64,000 nt of DNA from an uncultured Marinilabiliaceae bacterium (lineage in GTDB: Bacteria; Bacteroidota; Bacteroidia; Bacteroidales; VadinHA17). Where the stretch lies: positions 69,975-133,974 of the forward strand of contig CALOBV010000007.1 in the NCBI GenBank assembly GCA_942491535.1, read 5' to 3'. This document shows, one piece after another, positions 1 through 10,122 of the stretch (position 1 is the stretch's first letter; the number at the start of each line of letters is the position of its first letter). Position numbers and translations under genes: made by a program. A model generated the notes under the pieces. That model had not been told where the DNA came from. It worked only from the letters and a program-made list of their open reading frames with translations, and did not search any database.

Positions 1-908
1 ATTTTTACAAAATGTCTTGCATTAGTAATAGATTCTATATTCTCGGTATCCACAGCTTTATACTTAGCAAATTTTGAAAGATCAGCCCTGGTCAGGATGT
101 TTTTTAATATTTCGTATTGTTCTCTGTCATTAAATCCAATGTCAAGCAATGATTCCAGAGTCTCTGAGCTTGTCATTTCAAGCGATGAAATTTTATATCT
201 CCTATCAATATAGGTTCTCAATATCTCGGTAAGCTGACTGTAAAATAGTTTGTGCTGTGATTTCTGCCATAGCTCTTTCTTCTCAAGCTTATCAAAATCT
301 CTCAGAGCAATAATATGAATCGGTTCCTCCGGAAGTTTTGATATTTCATCTACTTCCTGTTTTTTTCGTTTTCCAAAATATCTATAGGCAAATATTATAC
401 TGAGCGCAAGCACCAGAACCAGTAATACCCAGGGAAGTACTTCCATAAGGGTGATACTGGCCTTTCTTGGTCCGACTATATCGAATATTACATCGGTAGA
501 ATCTGCAGGCGCAATATCAGTGCGTATAACTTCCAGGGCAGTGTAATCAGAGTAGTATCTTAATACACCATTGGTGGTATGAGATTCTGCAAAGACTGGT
601 GCTATCTCATAAAATCCTGTGTCGAAACTGGTTATGAGATACTCGAGCTTAACCAGTATGTTTTCATCCTTCACTGACAGGGTGTCCGGCCCCTGTGACC
701 TTAATATTTCAATTCCACCTACCAGGGTATCACTAAAGGCGGGATATATAATATTCATATCCTGCGGATGTTCCACTTCAATATTAAAGTATACCTGGTC
801 GCCAATAAGAATTCTTGTGGAATCGAACCAGGCCCTGACATGCGCCTCCTGTGCCTGGGTAAAGAGGGTTGTCAGAATAAACAGACCTATGTAGTACAGC
901 TTCTTCAT
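1..908 (-). CDS. BatD-like Bat-operon membrane protein (3' end cut by window edge)
   Basis: Absent from the ORF track because no stop lies in the window. I checked every minus-strand codon from ATG (906-908) down to base 3 and found no stop. The product starts MKKLYYIGLFILTTLFTQAQEAHVRAWFDSTRILIGDQVYFNIEVEHP (signal peptide plus BatD-type beta domain). A TM helix (VLPWVLLVLVLALSIIFAY) follows. It lies 1 nt downstream of the DUF58 gene, as in Bacteroidota aerotolerance operons. Confidence 0.7.
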   Translation of the reverse strand, partial: MKKLYYIGLFILTTLFTQAQEAHVRAWFDSTRILIGDQVYFNIEVEHPQDMNIIYPAFSDTLVGGIEILRSQGPDTLSVKDENILVKLEYLITSFDTGFYEIAPVFAESHTTNGVLRYYSDYTALEVIRTDIAPADSTDVIFDIVGPRKASITLMEVLPWVLLVLVLALSIIFAYRYFGKRKKQEVDEISKLPEEPIHIIALRDFDKLEKKELWQKSQHKLFYSQLTEILRTYIDRRYKISSLEMTSSETLESLLDIGFNDREQYEILKNILTRADLSKFAKYKAVDTENIESITNARHFVK

Positions 909-909
909 A

Positions 910-1773
910 CTATCTCATTTTAAATAGTTTAATTAGCGGCATCACATAATCTTCTCCTGTACTTATGCTTACATTATCAACACCACACCTTTTCAGGATG
1001 GATTCTGTATTCTGCTGTTGATTATTCCACCAGTTCTCGTATAACTTTCTTATATATTTGGAAGAGGTATCTATCCACCTCTCTGTGTTTGTTTCAGGAT
1101 CGAAACCCTTTATCAGGCCTATTCCCGGAAGAGATCTTTCTGATTTATCATATACCCGCAGGGCAACCAGATCGTGCTTGCTTGATGCTATCCTCATAGC
1201 CTGTTCAAAATCAGGAGAAACAAAGTCTGAAATTACAAATGCTGTACACCTTTTCTTTATTCCATTAGTAAGAAAGCGAAGTGGCTCATCAAGGGATGTC
1301 TTTTTACTTGCGGGGTTAAACTCTAAAAGATCCTTAATAATCCTCAGTATATGCTTTCTTCCCTTCTGTGGAGTAATGAACTTTTCAACCCTGTCTGAAA
1401 ATAGCATAACCCCTATCTTATCATTATTGTGGATAGCCGAGAATGCCAGGAGAGCAGCAATTTCTGTAATTCTTTCTCTCTTATAAGCCACTTCTGTCCC
1501 GAAATTTCCGGAAGCTGAAACATCAACCAGAAGCATTACAGTTAGCTCTCTTTCCTCTTCAAATATTTTAACATAGGGATGATTATACCTGGCTGTGACA
1601 TTCCAGTCGATAGTCCTTATATCATCACCATACTGATATTCTCTTACCTCACTGAAGGACATACCCCTACCCTTAAAGGCACTATGATACTCTCCGGCAA
1701 AAACCTGCCTGGTAAGACCCCTTGTCCTAATTTCAATATTCCTTATTTTCTTTATTAGATCTGTTGTTTCCAC
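910..1773 (-). CDS. DUF58 domain protein (vWA-like partner of MoxR)
   Basis: 287 aa. Carries the DUF58 hallmark EYQYGDDIRTIDWNVTAR followed by a vWA-like LLVDVSASG. Operonic with the MoxR ATPase. Confidence 0.9.
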   Translation of the reverse strand: METTDLIKKIRNIEIRTRGLTRQVFAGEYHSAFKGRGMSFSEVREYQYGDDIRTIDWNVTARYNHPYVKIFEEERELTVMLLVDVSASGNFGTEVAYKRERITEIAALLAFSAIHNNDKIGVMLFSDRVEKFITPQKGRKHILRIIKDLLEFNPASKKTSLDEPLRFLTNGIKKRCTAFVISDFVSPDFEQAMRIASSKHDLVALRVYDKSERSLPGIGLIKGFDPETNTERWIDTSSKYIRKLYENWWNNQQQNTESILKRCGVDNVSISTGEDYVMPLIKLFKMR

Positions 1774-1785
1774 TTTTCCTTTTTC

Positions 1786-2193
1786 TTACTCAGCCTTATA
1801 GTTTACAGTAATAAACCATTCTTCTTTCTTGTAGTATATATTTACTTTCCCGACACTATTCTCATCTATCCACATGTTTCTTTTTGTCTTTACATACTTA
1901 CTGTTTAACTCTTCAATAATTTCTTCCTCCATACTTAAATCATATATAAATCTTACCAAAAAGCAATGTCCACCATGGTCCATAAAAACAAGGGCTGTAA
2001 CAAGATTGCTGTTTATATCGCTATATTTCAGGTAGCTGTAAGTATCATTCCTGACATTTGGTTCAAGAATGAGATCAGGATAGTTTGATTTGAAATAGGA
2101 TTTTACTTCAGCATCAGAAAAACCCAGAACATTCTGGCTTTGAGCAAATGAAGCAATACCCAGCAATATAAGAACAATCATTGCCTGTCTCAT
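1786..2193 (-). CDS. small secreted protein of unknown function
   Basis: The ORF track gives 1786..2214. I prefer the ATG at 2191-2193, which yields MRQAMIVLILLGIASFAQSQ, a signal peptide. That start lies 1 nt after the MoxR stop (2195-2197). Confidence 0.5.
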   Translation of the reverse strand: MRQAMIVLILLGIASFAQSQNVLGFSDAEVKSYFKSNYPDLILEPNVRNDTYSYLKYSDINSNLVTALVFMDHGGHCFLVRFIYDLSMEEEIIEELNSKYVKTKRNMWIDENSVGKVNIYYKKEEWFITVNYKAE

Positions 2194-2194
2194 A

Positions 2195-3190
2195 CTATGG
2201 CACCTCAACAACATTTAGTATATCAGCAATAATATTCTCCTGAGTTATGTTCTCTGCTTCAGCTTCATAAGTCAATCCTATCCTATGTCTCATTACATCC
2301 CCACAAACAGCACGTACATCCTCGGGCACAACATAGCCTCTTCTTTTTATAAAGGCATAAGCTTTTGCCGCTTTAGCAAGATTAATACTTGCTCTCGGCG
2401 AAGCACCATATGCTATATGGTTATTATACTTTGCCAGTTTAGATTCACCTGGATTTCTTGTAGCAAAGACTATATCCAGGATGTAGTTCTCAATCTTTTC
2501 ATCCATGTATACATCTTTCACAACTTCCCTTGCTTTAATTATATCTTTGGGTTTAAGCACCATGTTTGCGACAGGGAATGATTTGCCCAGGTTTTCGCGA
2601 ACGATAAGCTTCTCTTCCTCCTTTTCAGGGTAATCTATCAATACCTTGAGCATAAACCTGTCGACCTGCGCTTCGGGTAGTGGATAGGTTCCCTCCTGCT
2701 CTATCGGGTTCTGTGTTGCCATAACCAGGAAGGGTTCATCAAGCGAATATGTTTCTTCACCTATTGTAACCTGTCTTTCCTGCATGGCTTCGAGAAGCGC
2801 GCTTTGAACCTTTGCTGGAGAACGATTTATCTCGTCGGCCAATATAAAATTTGCAAAAAGAGGTCCCTTTTTAACAAAAAACTCCTCCTTCTTCTGACTG
2901 TATATAAGAGTTCCGATCAGATCGGCAGGCAGGAGGTCGGGTGTAAACTGTATCCTGCTAAATTTGGCGTCTATTATTGAGGCCAATGTTTTTATAGCAA
3001 GTGTTTTAGCAAGTCCCGGAACTCCTTCAAGCAGTATATGACCATCGCTCATCAACCCTATTAAAAGGCTATCAATAAGCTTCTTCTGACCAACAATAAC
3101 CTTGCTCATCTCAAGGCTTATTGCATCAATAAAGCCACTTTCCTTCTCAATCCTCTCGTTTAATTCCTTGATATCAACATTTGAATTCAT
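2195..3190 (-). CDS. MoxR-family AAA+ ATPase
   Basis: 331 aa. Walker A GVPGLAKT and Walker B ILADEINR. Typical MoxR length and DUF58 context. Confidence 0.95.
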   Translation of the reverse strand: MNSNVDIKELNERIEKESGFIDAISLEMSKVIVGQKKLIDSLLIGLMSDGHILLEGVPGLAKTLAIKTLASIIDAKFSRIQFTPDLLPADLIGTLIYSQKKEEFFVKKGPLFANFILADEINRSPAKVQSALLEAMQERQVTIGEETYSLDEPFLVMATQNPIEQEGTYPLPEAQVDRFMLKVLIDYPEKEEEKLIVRENLGKSFPVANMVLKPKDIIKAREVVKDVYMDEKIENYILDIVFATRNPGESKLAKYNNHIAYGASPRASINLAKAAKAYAFIKRRGYVVPEDVRAVCGDVMRHRIGLTYEAEAENITQENIIADILNVVEVP

Positions 3191-3509
3191 GAATGAATAT
3201 TTTAAATTTTCCTTCGTAAGATTCAGATTATTTTGTGCATAATTAATTGCTCTACAAAATAAATTATCCTTTTGCTATAGTCTTGTTAAAGAGTGTTAAA
3301 ATTTAGTTAAATATATTATTGTTCTAAAAATGAATCTGCTGTGATACTTATAAGTAAGTTCTATTCAATTCATGCCTTACTGGTAATATTTGAAAATATG
3401 GTAAAAATGAAGTGTTAAAAATAATAAAAACCAACAGATAGATTAATTTTCATGAACCAGAAATAATTTTGATTATTACTTTTACATATAATAATTAAGA
3501 AAAAGCTTT

Positions 3510-6500
3510 ATGAAAAAGAGACTATTATGCCTTAGCCTGACTCTATTAGTCATTTTAACGACTACCATTTCTGCCTCTGCACAGAAGAGGAATAAAAAAA
3601 ATACAGAGCCTGAAATATCACAAGAGCTATATTCAAATATTGAATATCGACTTGTTGGTCCATTCAGGGGTGGCAGGTCTGCTGCTGTAACAGGTATCCC
3701 CGGGAATGATCAGGTTTACTTTATGGGATCAACCGGAGGTGGTGTTTGGAAAACCGAGAATACCGGAAACACATGGGTAAATATAAGCGACGGTTTTTTT
3801 GGCGGCACTATTGGAGCCGTTGAGGTAGCCCAGTCTGATAATAATATAATATATGTTGCCGGTGGAGAAAAAACAGTTAGGGGAAATGTCTCTCATGGAT
3901 ATGGAATATGGAAATCTTTAGACGGAGGAGAAACATGGAATTATAAGGGTCTGAAGGAGGGGCAGTATATGCCCAGGCTAAGGGTGCATCCTAAAAATGC
4001 AGATCTTGTATATGTTGCAGTACTTGGTCATCTCTTTGGCCAGAACGAGGAAAGAGGCATTTACAGGTCTCAGAATGGCGGTGAAAGCTGGGAGAAGATA
4101 CTATATATTGACGATAAGACTGGTGGGATAGACCTGATCCTGGATCCGGTAAACCCCAGGATAATTTATGCCTCTACCTGGCAGGTAAAAAGAACAGCAT
4201 ACAGTCTTGAAAGTGGCGGACCGGGATCGGCATTGTGGAAAAGTACCGATGGTGGTGATACATGGACTAATCTGAATAAATCTAATGGAATGCCGGATGG
4301 ACCGCTTGGAATTATTGGGGTTTCCCTTTCTGCAGATAATCCTAAGAAATTATATGCACTTATAGAAGCAAAAGAGGGCGGATTATTTGTAAGTGATGAC
4401 CGTGGGAAAAACTGGCATAAAGTAAATAGCGACAGGAATCTGAGGCAAAGGGCATGGTATTACACACGTCTATATGTTGATCCGAATGATGCTGAAACGG
4501 TTTATGTCTTGAATGTAGCCTTCCATAAATCAACTGATGGGGGAAGAACATTCGAAAGGATCAATACACCCCATGGCGACCATCACGATCTTTGGATAGA
4601 CCCGGAGAATAGCAGCAATATTATTATTGGTGATGATGGCGGAGCCCAGATAACACATAATGGAGGTAAGGAATGGTCGTCACTATTGAATCAACCTACC
4701 GGACAATTCTACCGGGTAGTTACCGATAATCACTTTCCATACAGAATATACGGTGGACAGCAGGATAATTCTACTGTCAGAATAGAATCGAGATCCTTAA
4801 GTGGGTCAATAAGCGAAAGCAACTGGGAAAGCACTGCCGGTGGCGAAAGTGCATGGATAGCCCCTGACCCTATTGACAGTGACATAGTTTACGGTGGTTC
4901 ATATGGAGGCTACATTATAAGGATAAATCACAGAACAGGTGAAAGTCGCAGGATTGATATCTGGCCCGATAATCCTATGGGTTGGGGAGCAGACAGCTTA
5001 AAGGAAAGATTCCAATGGAATTTCCCAATTCTATTCTCCAAACATGATAAATCAACACTTTATGCCGCATCTAACAGGCTTTTTAAAACAAGCAATGAAG
5101 GACAGAGCTGGACAGCAATAAGTCCTGACCTTACAAGGAATGATATTTCAAAAATGGGCCCTTCAGGTGGCCCTATTACTAAAGACAATACAAGTGTTGA
5201 GTATTACGGAACCATATTCGCTGTTACAGAATCAGATATTGAAGAAGGAGTAATCTGGTGTGGCTCTGATGATGGTATGATACATCTTACGAGGGATGGT
5301 GGCTCTAACTGGGAAGATGTTACACCGGGAAGTGATCTAATACCTGAATGGGCAATGATTAATAGTATTGAGGCAGATCCTTTTAATGCAGGAGGCCTCT
5401 ATGTTGCAGCAAGCAGCTATAAGTATGATGATTTCTCTCCCTACCTCCTGCATTCAACAGACTATGGCAGGACATGGAATAAAATTGTTTCAGGTATAGA
5501 TAATTCACACTTTACACGGGTTATCAGAGCAGACCACAAGAGGAAAGGACTTTTATTTGCAGGTACAGAGTCGGGAATGTACATATCCTTCAACGATGGT
5601 GCTTCGTGGAATACATTCCAGTTAAATCTGCCAATAGTGCCGATTACAGATCTCGAGATCAGAGATAGCGATCTGGTTGTTGCCACACAGGGGAGAGCTT
5701 TCTGGGTGTTCGACTATATGGATATATTAAGAGTTGCAGATAATAAACTGCTTGCAGGTGATTTTAAATTATTAGCCCCTGCTCCAGCCTACAGGTTAGG
5801 TGGAAGATCATATGATAGAGAAAGTTTAACTGCCGGGAAAAACCCTCCAAATGGAACAGTGTTCAATATTTATCTGAATAATAAGTCAGACCTTAAGGAT
5901 ATAAAACTGGAAATATTCGACCTTCAGGGAAGGCTTATCAAATCCTTTCAAAGCAATACCAAAGGATTAGATATTGCTTCACACCTTCCATATGAATCAT
6001 TTAAACCACATAAAGGTTTAAACCAGATAGTATGGGATATGAACTACCCTGGAGCATTGCAGGTTGAGAAAATGATTCTCTGGTCAGGATCGCTTGGCGG
6101 GCCCAAATCGGTCCCAGGCACTTTTAAGGCTATTCTAACCGTAGGAGAACAAACACAGGAGACCAATTTTGAGATTCTAAAAAGCCCCCTTTCATCAAGC
6201 TCAGTTGAGGACCTTCAGAAGCAGTTTGATTTTCTGATTACTGTACGGGATAAGTTAACAGAGACCCATCAGGCCATACTTGATATAAGAAAGATACGGG
6301 AGAGAATAAACGGAATAGCAACTATAGTAAAAGATACTGGTAATGAGGATATAAGTGATAAAGTAAGTGAAATAAGCAAGACACTTGATGAGATTGAAAA
6401 CGCACTCTATCAGACAAAGAACAGGTCTAACCAGGACCCGTTGAATTTTCCGATCAAGCTAAATAATAAGCTTGCAGCCTTAAATGGTATTGCAGCAACC

Positions 6501-6662
6501 GGCGATTATAAGCCAACAGACCAGGTTTACATGGTAAGGGATGAGCTAATTGCAAAAATAGATAAGCAGCTACAGAAATTTGCAGTTGTACTTGATACTG
6601 ATATTAGCGAATTAAATAAAATCTTACACGATAATAATATTCCATATATTGGCATAAAGTAA
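3510..6662 (+). CDS. secreted BNR/Asp-box (sortilin/VPS10-like) repeat protein, glycosyl-hydrolase-like
   Basis: 1050 aa with an N-terminal signal peptide. Asp-box-like S/T-x-D-G-G-x-T-W motifs recur: SLDGGETW, SQNGGESW, STDGGDTW, STDGGRTF, THNGGKEW, TRDGGSNW, STDYGRTW. Confidence 0.8.
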   Translation: MKKRLLCLSLTLLVILTTTISASAQKRNKKNTEPEISQELYSNIEYRLVGPFRGGRSAAVTGIPGNDQVYFMGSTGGGVWKTENTGNTWVNISDGFFGGTIGAVEVAQSDNNIIYVAGGEKTVRGNVSHGYGIWKSLDGGETWNYKGLKEGQYMPRLRVHPKNADLVYVAVLGHLFGQNEERGIYRSQNGGESWEKILYIDDKTGGIDLILDPVNPRIIYASTWQVKRTAYSLESGGPGSALWKSTDGGDTWTNLNKSNGMPDGPLGIIGVSLSADNPKKLYALIEAKEGGLFVSDDRGKNWHKVNSDRNLRQRAWYYTRLYVDPNDAETVYVLNVAFHKSTDGGRTFERINTPHGDHHDLWIDPENSSNIIIGDDGGAQITHNGGKEWSSLLNQPTGQFYRVVTDNHFPYRIYGGQQDNSTVRIESRSLSGSISESNWESTAGGESAWIAPDPIDSDIVYGGSYGGYIIRINHRTGESRRIDIWPDNPMGWGADSLKERFQWNFPILFSKHDKSTLYAASNRLFKTSNEGQSWTAISPDLTRNDISKMGPSGGPITKDNTSVEYYGTIFAVTESDIEEGVIWCGSDDGMIHLTRDGGSNWEDVTPGSDLIPEWAMINSIEADPFNAGGLYVAASSYKYDDFSPYLLHSTDYGRTWNKIVSGIDNSHFTRVIRADHKRKGLLFAGTESGMYISFNDGASWNTFQLNLPIVPITDLEIRDSDLVVATQGRAFWVFDYMDILRVADNKLLAGDFKLLAPAPAYRLGGRSYDRESLTAGKNPPNGTVFNIYLNNKSDLKDIKLEIFDLQGRLIKSFQSNTKGLDIASHLPYESFKPHKGLNQIVWDMNYPGALQVEKMILWSGSLGGPKSVPGTFKAILTVGEQTQETNFEILKSPLSSSSVEDLQKQFDFLITVRDKLTETHQAILDIRKIRERINGIATIVKDTGNEDISDKVSEISKTLDEIENALYQTKNRSNQDPLNFPIKLNNKLAALNGIAATGDYKPTDQVYMVRDELIAKIDKQLQKFAVVLDTDISELNKILHDNNIPYIGIK

Positions 6663-6738
6663 TAGATATTATAATGAATTAATATTGCACAATCGGAATA
6701 TTGGTACTAATTTTGCACCCGGAAAATATTCCGGAACA

Positions 6739-6811
6739 GGTTCAGTAGCTCAGTGGATAGAGCAACGGCCTTCTAAGCCGTAGGTCGAAGGTTCGAATCC
6801 TTCCTGAATCA
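6739..6811 (+). tRNA. tRNA-Arg (anticodon UCU)
   Basis: Hand-folded cloverleaf. Acceptor GGTTCAG/CTGAATC, D arm GCTC-AGTGGATA-GAGC, anticodon arm ACGGC-CTTCTAA-GCCGT (TCT), variable AGGTC, T arm GAAGG-TTCGAAT-CCTTC, discriminator A. CCA is not encoded. Confidence 0.95.
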
Positions 6812-6815
6812 CAAT

Positions 6816-6850
6816 AAAAGCCATGCACAACAGTGCCTGGCTTTTATATT
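6816..6850 (+). terminator. intrinsic terminator after the tRNA
   Basis: AAAAGCCA (6816-6823) pairs with TGGCTTTT (6838-6845), with an inner GCAC/GTGC pairing. A T-rich tail follows (ATATTTTT). Confidence 0.5.
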
Positions 6851-6893
6851 TTTAACCGTCAGAAGCGTGCTTCTGTAAGGGGAAAATAAAAAT

Positions 6894-6926
6894 GCCAGAT
6901 GCAATGAGAATCATTGCATGGCTTTT
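6894..6926 (+). terminator. second hairpin plus T-tract
   Basis: ATGCAATGA (6899-6907) pairs with TCATTGCAT (6911-6919). It is extended by GCC/GGC and followed by TTTT. Confidence 0.45.
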
Positions 6927-7050
6927 ATTGTAAGACTCCCCTAATTGGAAAAAGCCGAAAGAATTGAGGAATTGAGGCTTAATCCTTTTTCCCCTTTAAT
7001 TTTTCTTCGCTATTTTTGTAATTATTGTAATATTTATAAACCAGGCAAAA

Positions 7051-8286
7051 ATGAGTTCTACTCCTGTAATAAATAGCGAACGTCTTAGCAGAAGAATTGA
7101 GCAAATGGGTAAAATTGGCGCCCTTCCCGGTGGTGGAGTATGTCGCACAGCACTTAGCGATGCTGACAGGGATGCACGCGATCTGCTTAAGCTCTGGATG
7201 CAGCAGCTTGATCTTGAAATTGAGGTGGATAAAATAGGTAATATGTTCGGGATATACCCCGGTGGCAAAGATGCAGCAGCAGTAATGATAGGCTCGCATC
7301 TCGATACAGTTACCACAGGTGGCCTGTACGATGGCAGTCTTGGAGTACTTGCTGCACTTGAAGTTATTCAGACTATCAGTGAAGCCGGGATTAAAACATC
7401 CCATCCTGTAATACTGGCAAACTTCACCAATGAGGAAGGTGTTCGCTTTGTACCTGATATGATGGGGAGCCTTGCATACAGTGGTAAGGAAAAGATTGAA
7501 TTACTGCATAGTTCTATCTCCCTTGATGGCTCATCAGCAAGTGTTAAAGATGAACTTGAGAGGATAGGATACCTTGGCACAAAAGATTGCGGCGGGTATA
7601 AAGCCAAGGCTTTTATCGAGCTTCATATTGAGCAGGGACCGGTTCTTGAATCAGGGAACATTGATATAGGAGTTGTTGAAAAAGTACAGGGAATCTTCTG
7701 GACTGAATACATCTTTGAAGGAAGGGCCAGTCATGCCGGGACTACTCCAATGACAGCCAGGTCTGATGCAGGTTACGTAGCCTCTGCTATAGCTACATAT
7801 ATCAGGAAACTTGTGCTTGATACAGGAAATATGCAGGTAGGTACGGTTGGCAATATAGAACTATTTCCGAACCTGATTAATGTTACTGCAGAGAGATCAA
7901 AGATTGTTGTTGATCTAAGAAATCCTGACTTAAATATTCTTGCAAAAACTCAGCATAATTTAGACCATTATATTGATAGACTGGTAGCTGATGAAGGTCT
8001 TAAAGTACAAAAAAAGGAGCTTGTCAGGCTGGAACCGGTAAGTTTCAATCAGGATATAATAAATACTATTAATGAAGCATCAAAATCACTGGGCTATACC
8101 TCCTTGCATTTAACAAGTGGAGCAGGTCATGATGCTCAACTACTTTCTTCAGTAATACCATCTGCAATGATCTTTGTCCCGAGCAAGGATGGAATCAGTC
8201 ATAATGTTAATGAATTCTCCTCAATAAAAGATATTGAAATGGGAGCTAATGTATTATTGCACAGCGTATTGAACTTAGCGCTTTAG
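7051..8286 (+). CDS. M20-family Zn amidohydrolase (allantoate amidohydrolase / N-carbamoyl-L-amino-acid hydrolase type)
   Basis: 411 aa. N-terminal GALPGGGVCRTALSDADRDARD, GSHLDTV metal site, IELHIEQGPVLE and SGAGHDA motifs typical of this M20 subgroup. Confidence 0.85.
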   Translation: MSSTPVINSERLSRRIEQMGKIGALPGGGVCRTALSDADRDARDLLKLWMQQLDLEIEVDKIGNMFGIYPGGKDAAAVMIGSHLDTVTTGGLYDGSLGVLAALEVIQTISEAGIKTSHPVILANFTNEEGVRFVPDMMGSLAYSGKEKIELLHSSISLDGSSASVKDELERIGYLGTKDCGGYKAKAFIELHIEQGPVLESGNIDIGVVEKVQGIFWTEYIFEGRASHAGTTPMTARSDAGYVASAIATYIRKLVLDTGNMQVGTVGNIELFPNLINVTAERSKIVVDLRNPDLNILAKTQHNLDHYIDRLVADEGLKVQKKELVRLEPVSFNQDIINTINEASKSLGYTSLHLTSGAGHDAQLLSSVIPSAMIFVPSKDGISHNVNEFSSIKDIEMGANVLLHSVLNLAL

Positions 8287-8324
8287 ATTAAGAGCTTATA
8301 AGTTAAAAGTATGCTTACCTTGAA

Positions 8325-10103
8325 TTATGAACCTTGAGAGATCCAGTTTACCAGGCCCTTGCTTTTTATTATCTCATTAAGTTTATCAGGCAGAGGTTCA
8401 AACTTAATTTTCTTCTCTCCTACCCTTACGTAACCCTCCTCAAAATTAAGTTCTATTTTATCGCCTGATTTGTAGGCATCTACAGCTTCAGGAAGAACAA
8501 TAAGTGCCAGTCCCTGGTTAATTGATGATCTGTAAAATATTCTGTTTACAGATTTTACGATAACAGCCCTTATTCCGATATGTGCAAGGCCAACTGCCGG
8601 ATGTTCTCTTGAACTTCCGCATCCAAAATTATCACCTGCAACAATTATCTGGCCTTCTGATGCTTTTTCTGTAAAACTCTCATCGAAGCCCTTGAATAGA
8701 TGAGGAATAATTGCCTCCGGATCTGAACTTAGCACATTATAAGTGAGATTACCTGCAAACATCTGGTCGGTATTAAGATTATCTACATCAGAATAATCCC
8801 ATACATTATTCACTAACCTGTTTTCTTTTATTTCATTCACTGAATCCTTATTACCCGCCTCTCTTTGAGGGAAAACATCGCTATGCTTTTCTTTACGGGG
8901 ATCACTTATTTTTCCCGTAATAGCAGAATTTGCTACAGTTGCCGGTGAGGCAAGGTAGATCTCAGATTCTTTATTACCCATTCTACCCAAAAAATTCCTG
9001 TTTGCGGTGGATATCACCCTGACACCATCTGCAGGGATACCCTGGCCTGTTCCGAGGCAGGGACCGCAGCTTGGAGCCAGCACATTGGCCCCCGACTCCA
9101 TAAATGTTTTGATCAGCCCCTCTTCCATCGCTTCAAGGTAGATTTTTTGTGAGGCCGGGATAATCAATAACTGGAAGCCTTCCTTAACATTATTATTTTC
9201 AAGCACAGCAGCTGCCTCCCTGAGATCTTCAATCCTGCCATTTGTACATGTACCTATTAATCCCTGGTGTACTTCCAGCCCTTCTACCTCGCTTAAGGCT
9301 TTCACATTATCAACATGATGCGGAGCAGCTACAAGAGGAAAAACATCATTGAGATCAATATCAATTATCGTCGCATAGTCAGCATTCTCGTCAGCCCAAA
9401 CTCCATCATCGTTGCAGCCAAGGAATTCCTTAAGAGCATTATCGCATGGAAAAACTGCATTCTTTGCACCCATTTCGGATGCAAGATTGGCCATGGTCAT
9501 TCGCTCTGATATTCCAAGGGTGGCTACACCTTCTCCATGATATTCGATCGACATATAATTAGCACCATCGGAGCCAATCATACCTATTATCCATAAAGAA
9601 AGATCCTTTGCAAAAACACCTTCCTTCAATTTTCCACGAAGATTTATCTTTATTGATTCAGGTACTCTGAACCAGGTTTCGCCTCTCTTCCATATTCCTG
9701 CAGATTCGGTACGGTCTATGCCGGCAGCCATTGCATTAAATGCTCCTGCCGTGCAGGTATGGCTATCCGACCCTACTATTATCATACCCGGTCTGGCATG
9801 ATAAGACATAATCTGGTGACATATTCCCTTACCCACGTCATAGAATTTCTTAATGCCCTGCTGACTTACAATATTCCTGATATCCTGATACTGTGTTGCC
9901 AGCTTTGCATTTGTAGGAGGAGCATTATGATCGAGTACTATAAGCATCTGGTCGGGGTCTGCAACACCGGAGCCTCCCATTTTTTGAAATGTCTTATAAA
10001 TACTGGCAGTATTATCATGAGTAAGAATAATATCAGGTTTTCTGAATACAATACTTCCTGCCTGAGCATTGAATATTTTTTCTACAAAGGTCTTTTTTGA
10101 CAT
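8325..10103 (-). CDS. fused aconitase-family dehydratase (LeuC-like large domain plus LeuD-like swivel domain)
   Basis: 592 aa. Fe-S and substrate motifs GSDSHTCT, IGTCTNGRIEDL and PSCGPCLG. C-terminal small-subunit motif GDNFGCGSSREH. Confidence 0.8.
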   Translation of the reverse strand: MSKKTFVEKIFNAQAGSIVFRKPDIILTHDNTASIYKTFQKMGGSGVADPDQMLIVLDHNAPPTNAKLATQYQDIRNIVSQQGIKKFYDVGKGICHQIMSYHARPGMIIVGSDSHTCTAGAFNAMAAGIDRTESAGIWKRGETWFRVPESIKINLRGKLKEGVFAKDLSLWIIGMIGSDGANYMSIEYHGEGVATLGISERMTMANLASEMGAKNAVFPCDNALKEFLGCNDDGVWADENADYATIIDIDLNDVFPLVAAPHHVDNVKALSEVEGLEVHQGLIGTCTNGRIEDLREAAAVLENNNVKEGFQLLIIPASQKIYLEAMEEGLIKTFMESGANVLAPSCGPCLGTGQGIPADGVRVISTANRNFLGRMGNKESEIYLASPATVANSAITGKISDPRKEKHSDVFPQREAGNKDSVNEIKENRLVNNVWDYSDVDNLNTDQMFAGNLTYNVLSSDPEAIIPHLFKGFDESFTEKASEGQIIVAGDNFGCGSSREHPAVGLAHIGIRAVIVKSVNRIFYRSSINQGLALIVLPEAVDAYKSGDKIELNFEEGYVRVGEKKIKFEPLPDKLNEIIKSKGLVNWISQGS

Positions 10104-10122
10104 AACTGGGTTAGATAGTTTA

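Noticed and set aside
6739-7050. Possible integrative element at the tRNA-Arg 3' flank.
   Set aside because: I saw no integrase, no direct repeat of the tRNA 3' end and no compositional shift. The next gene is an ordinary amidohydrolase.
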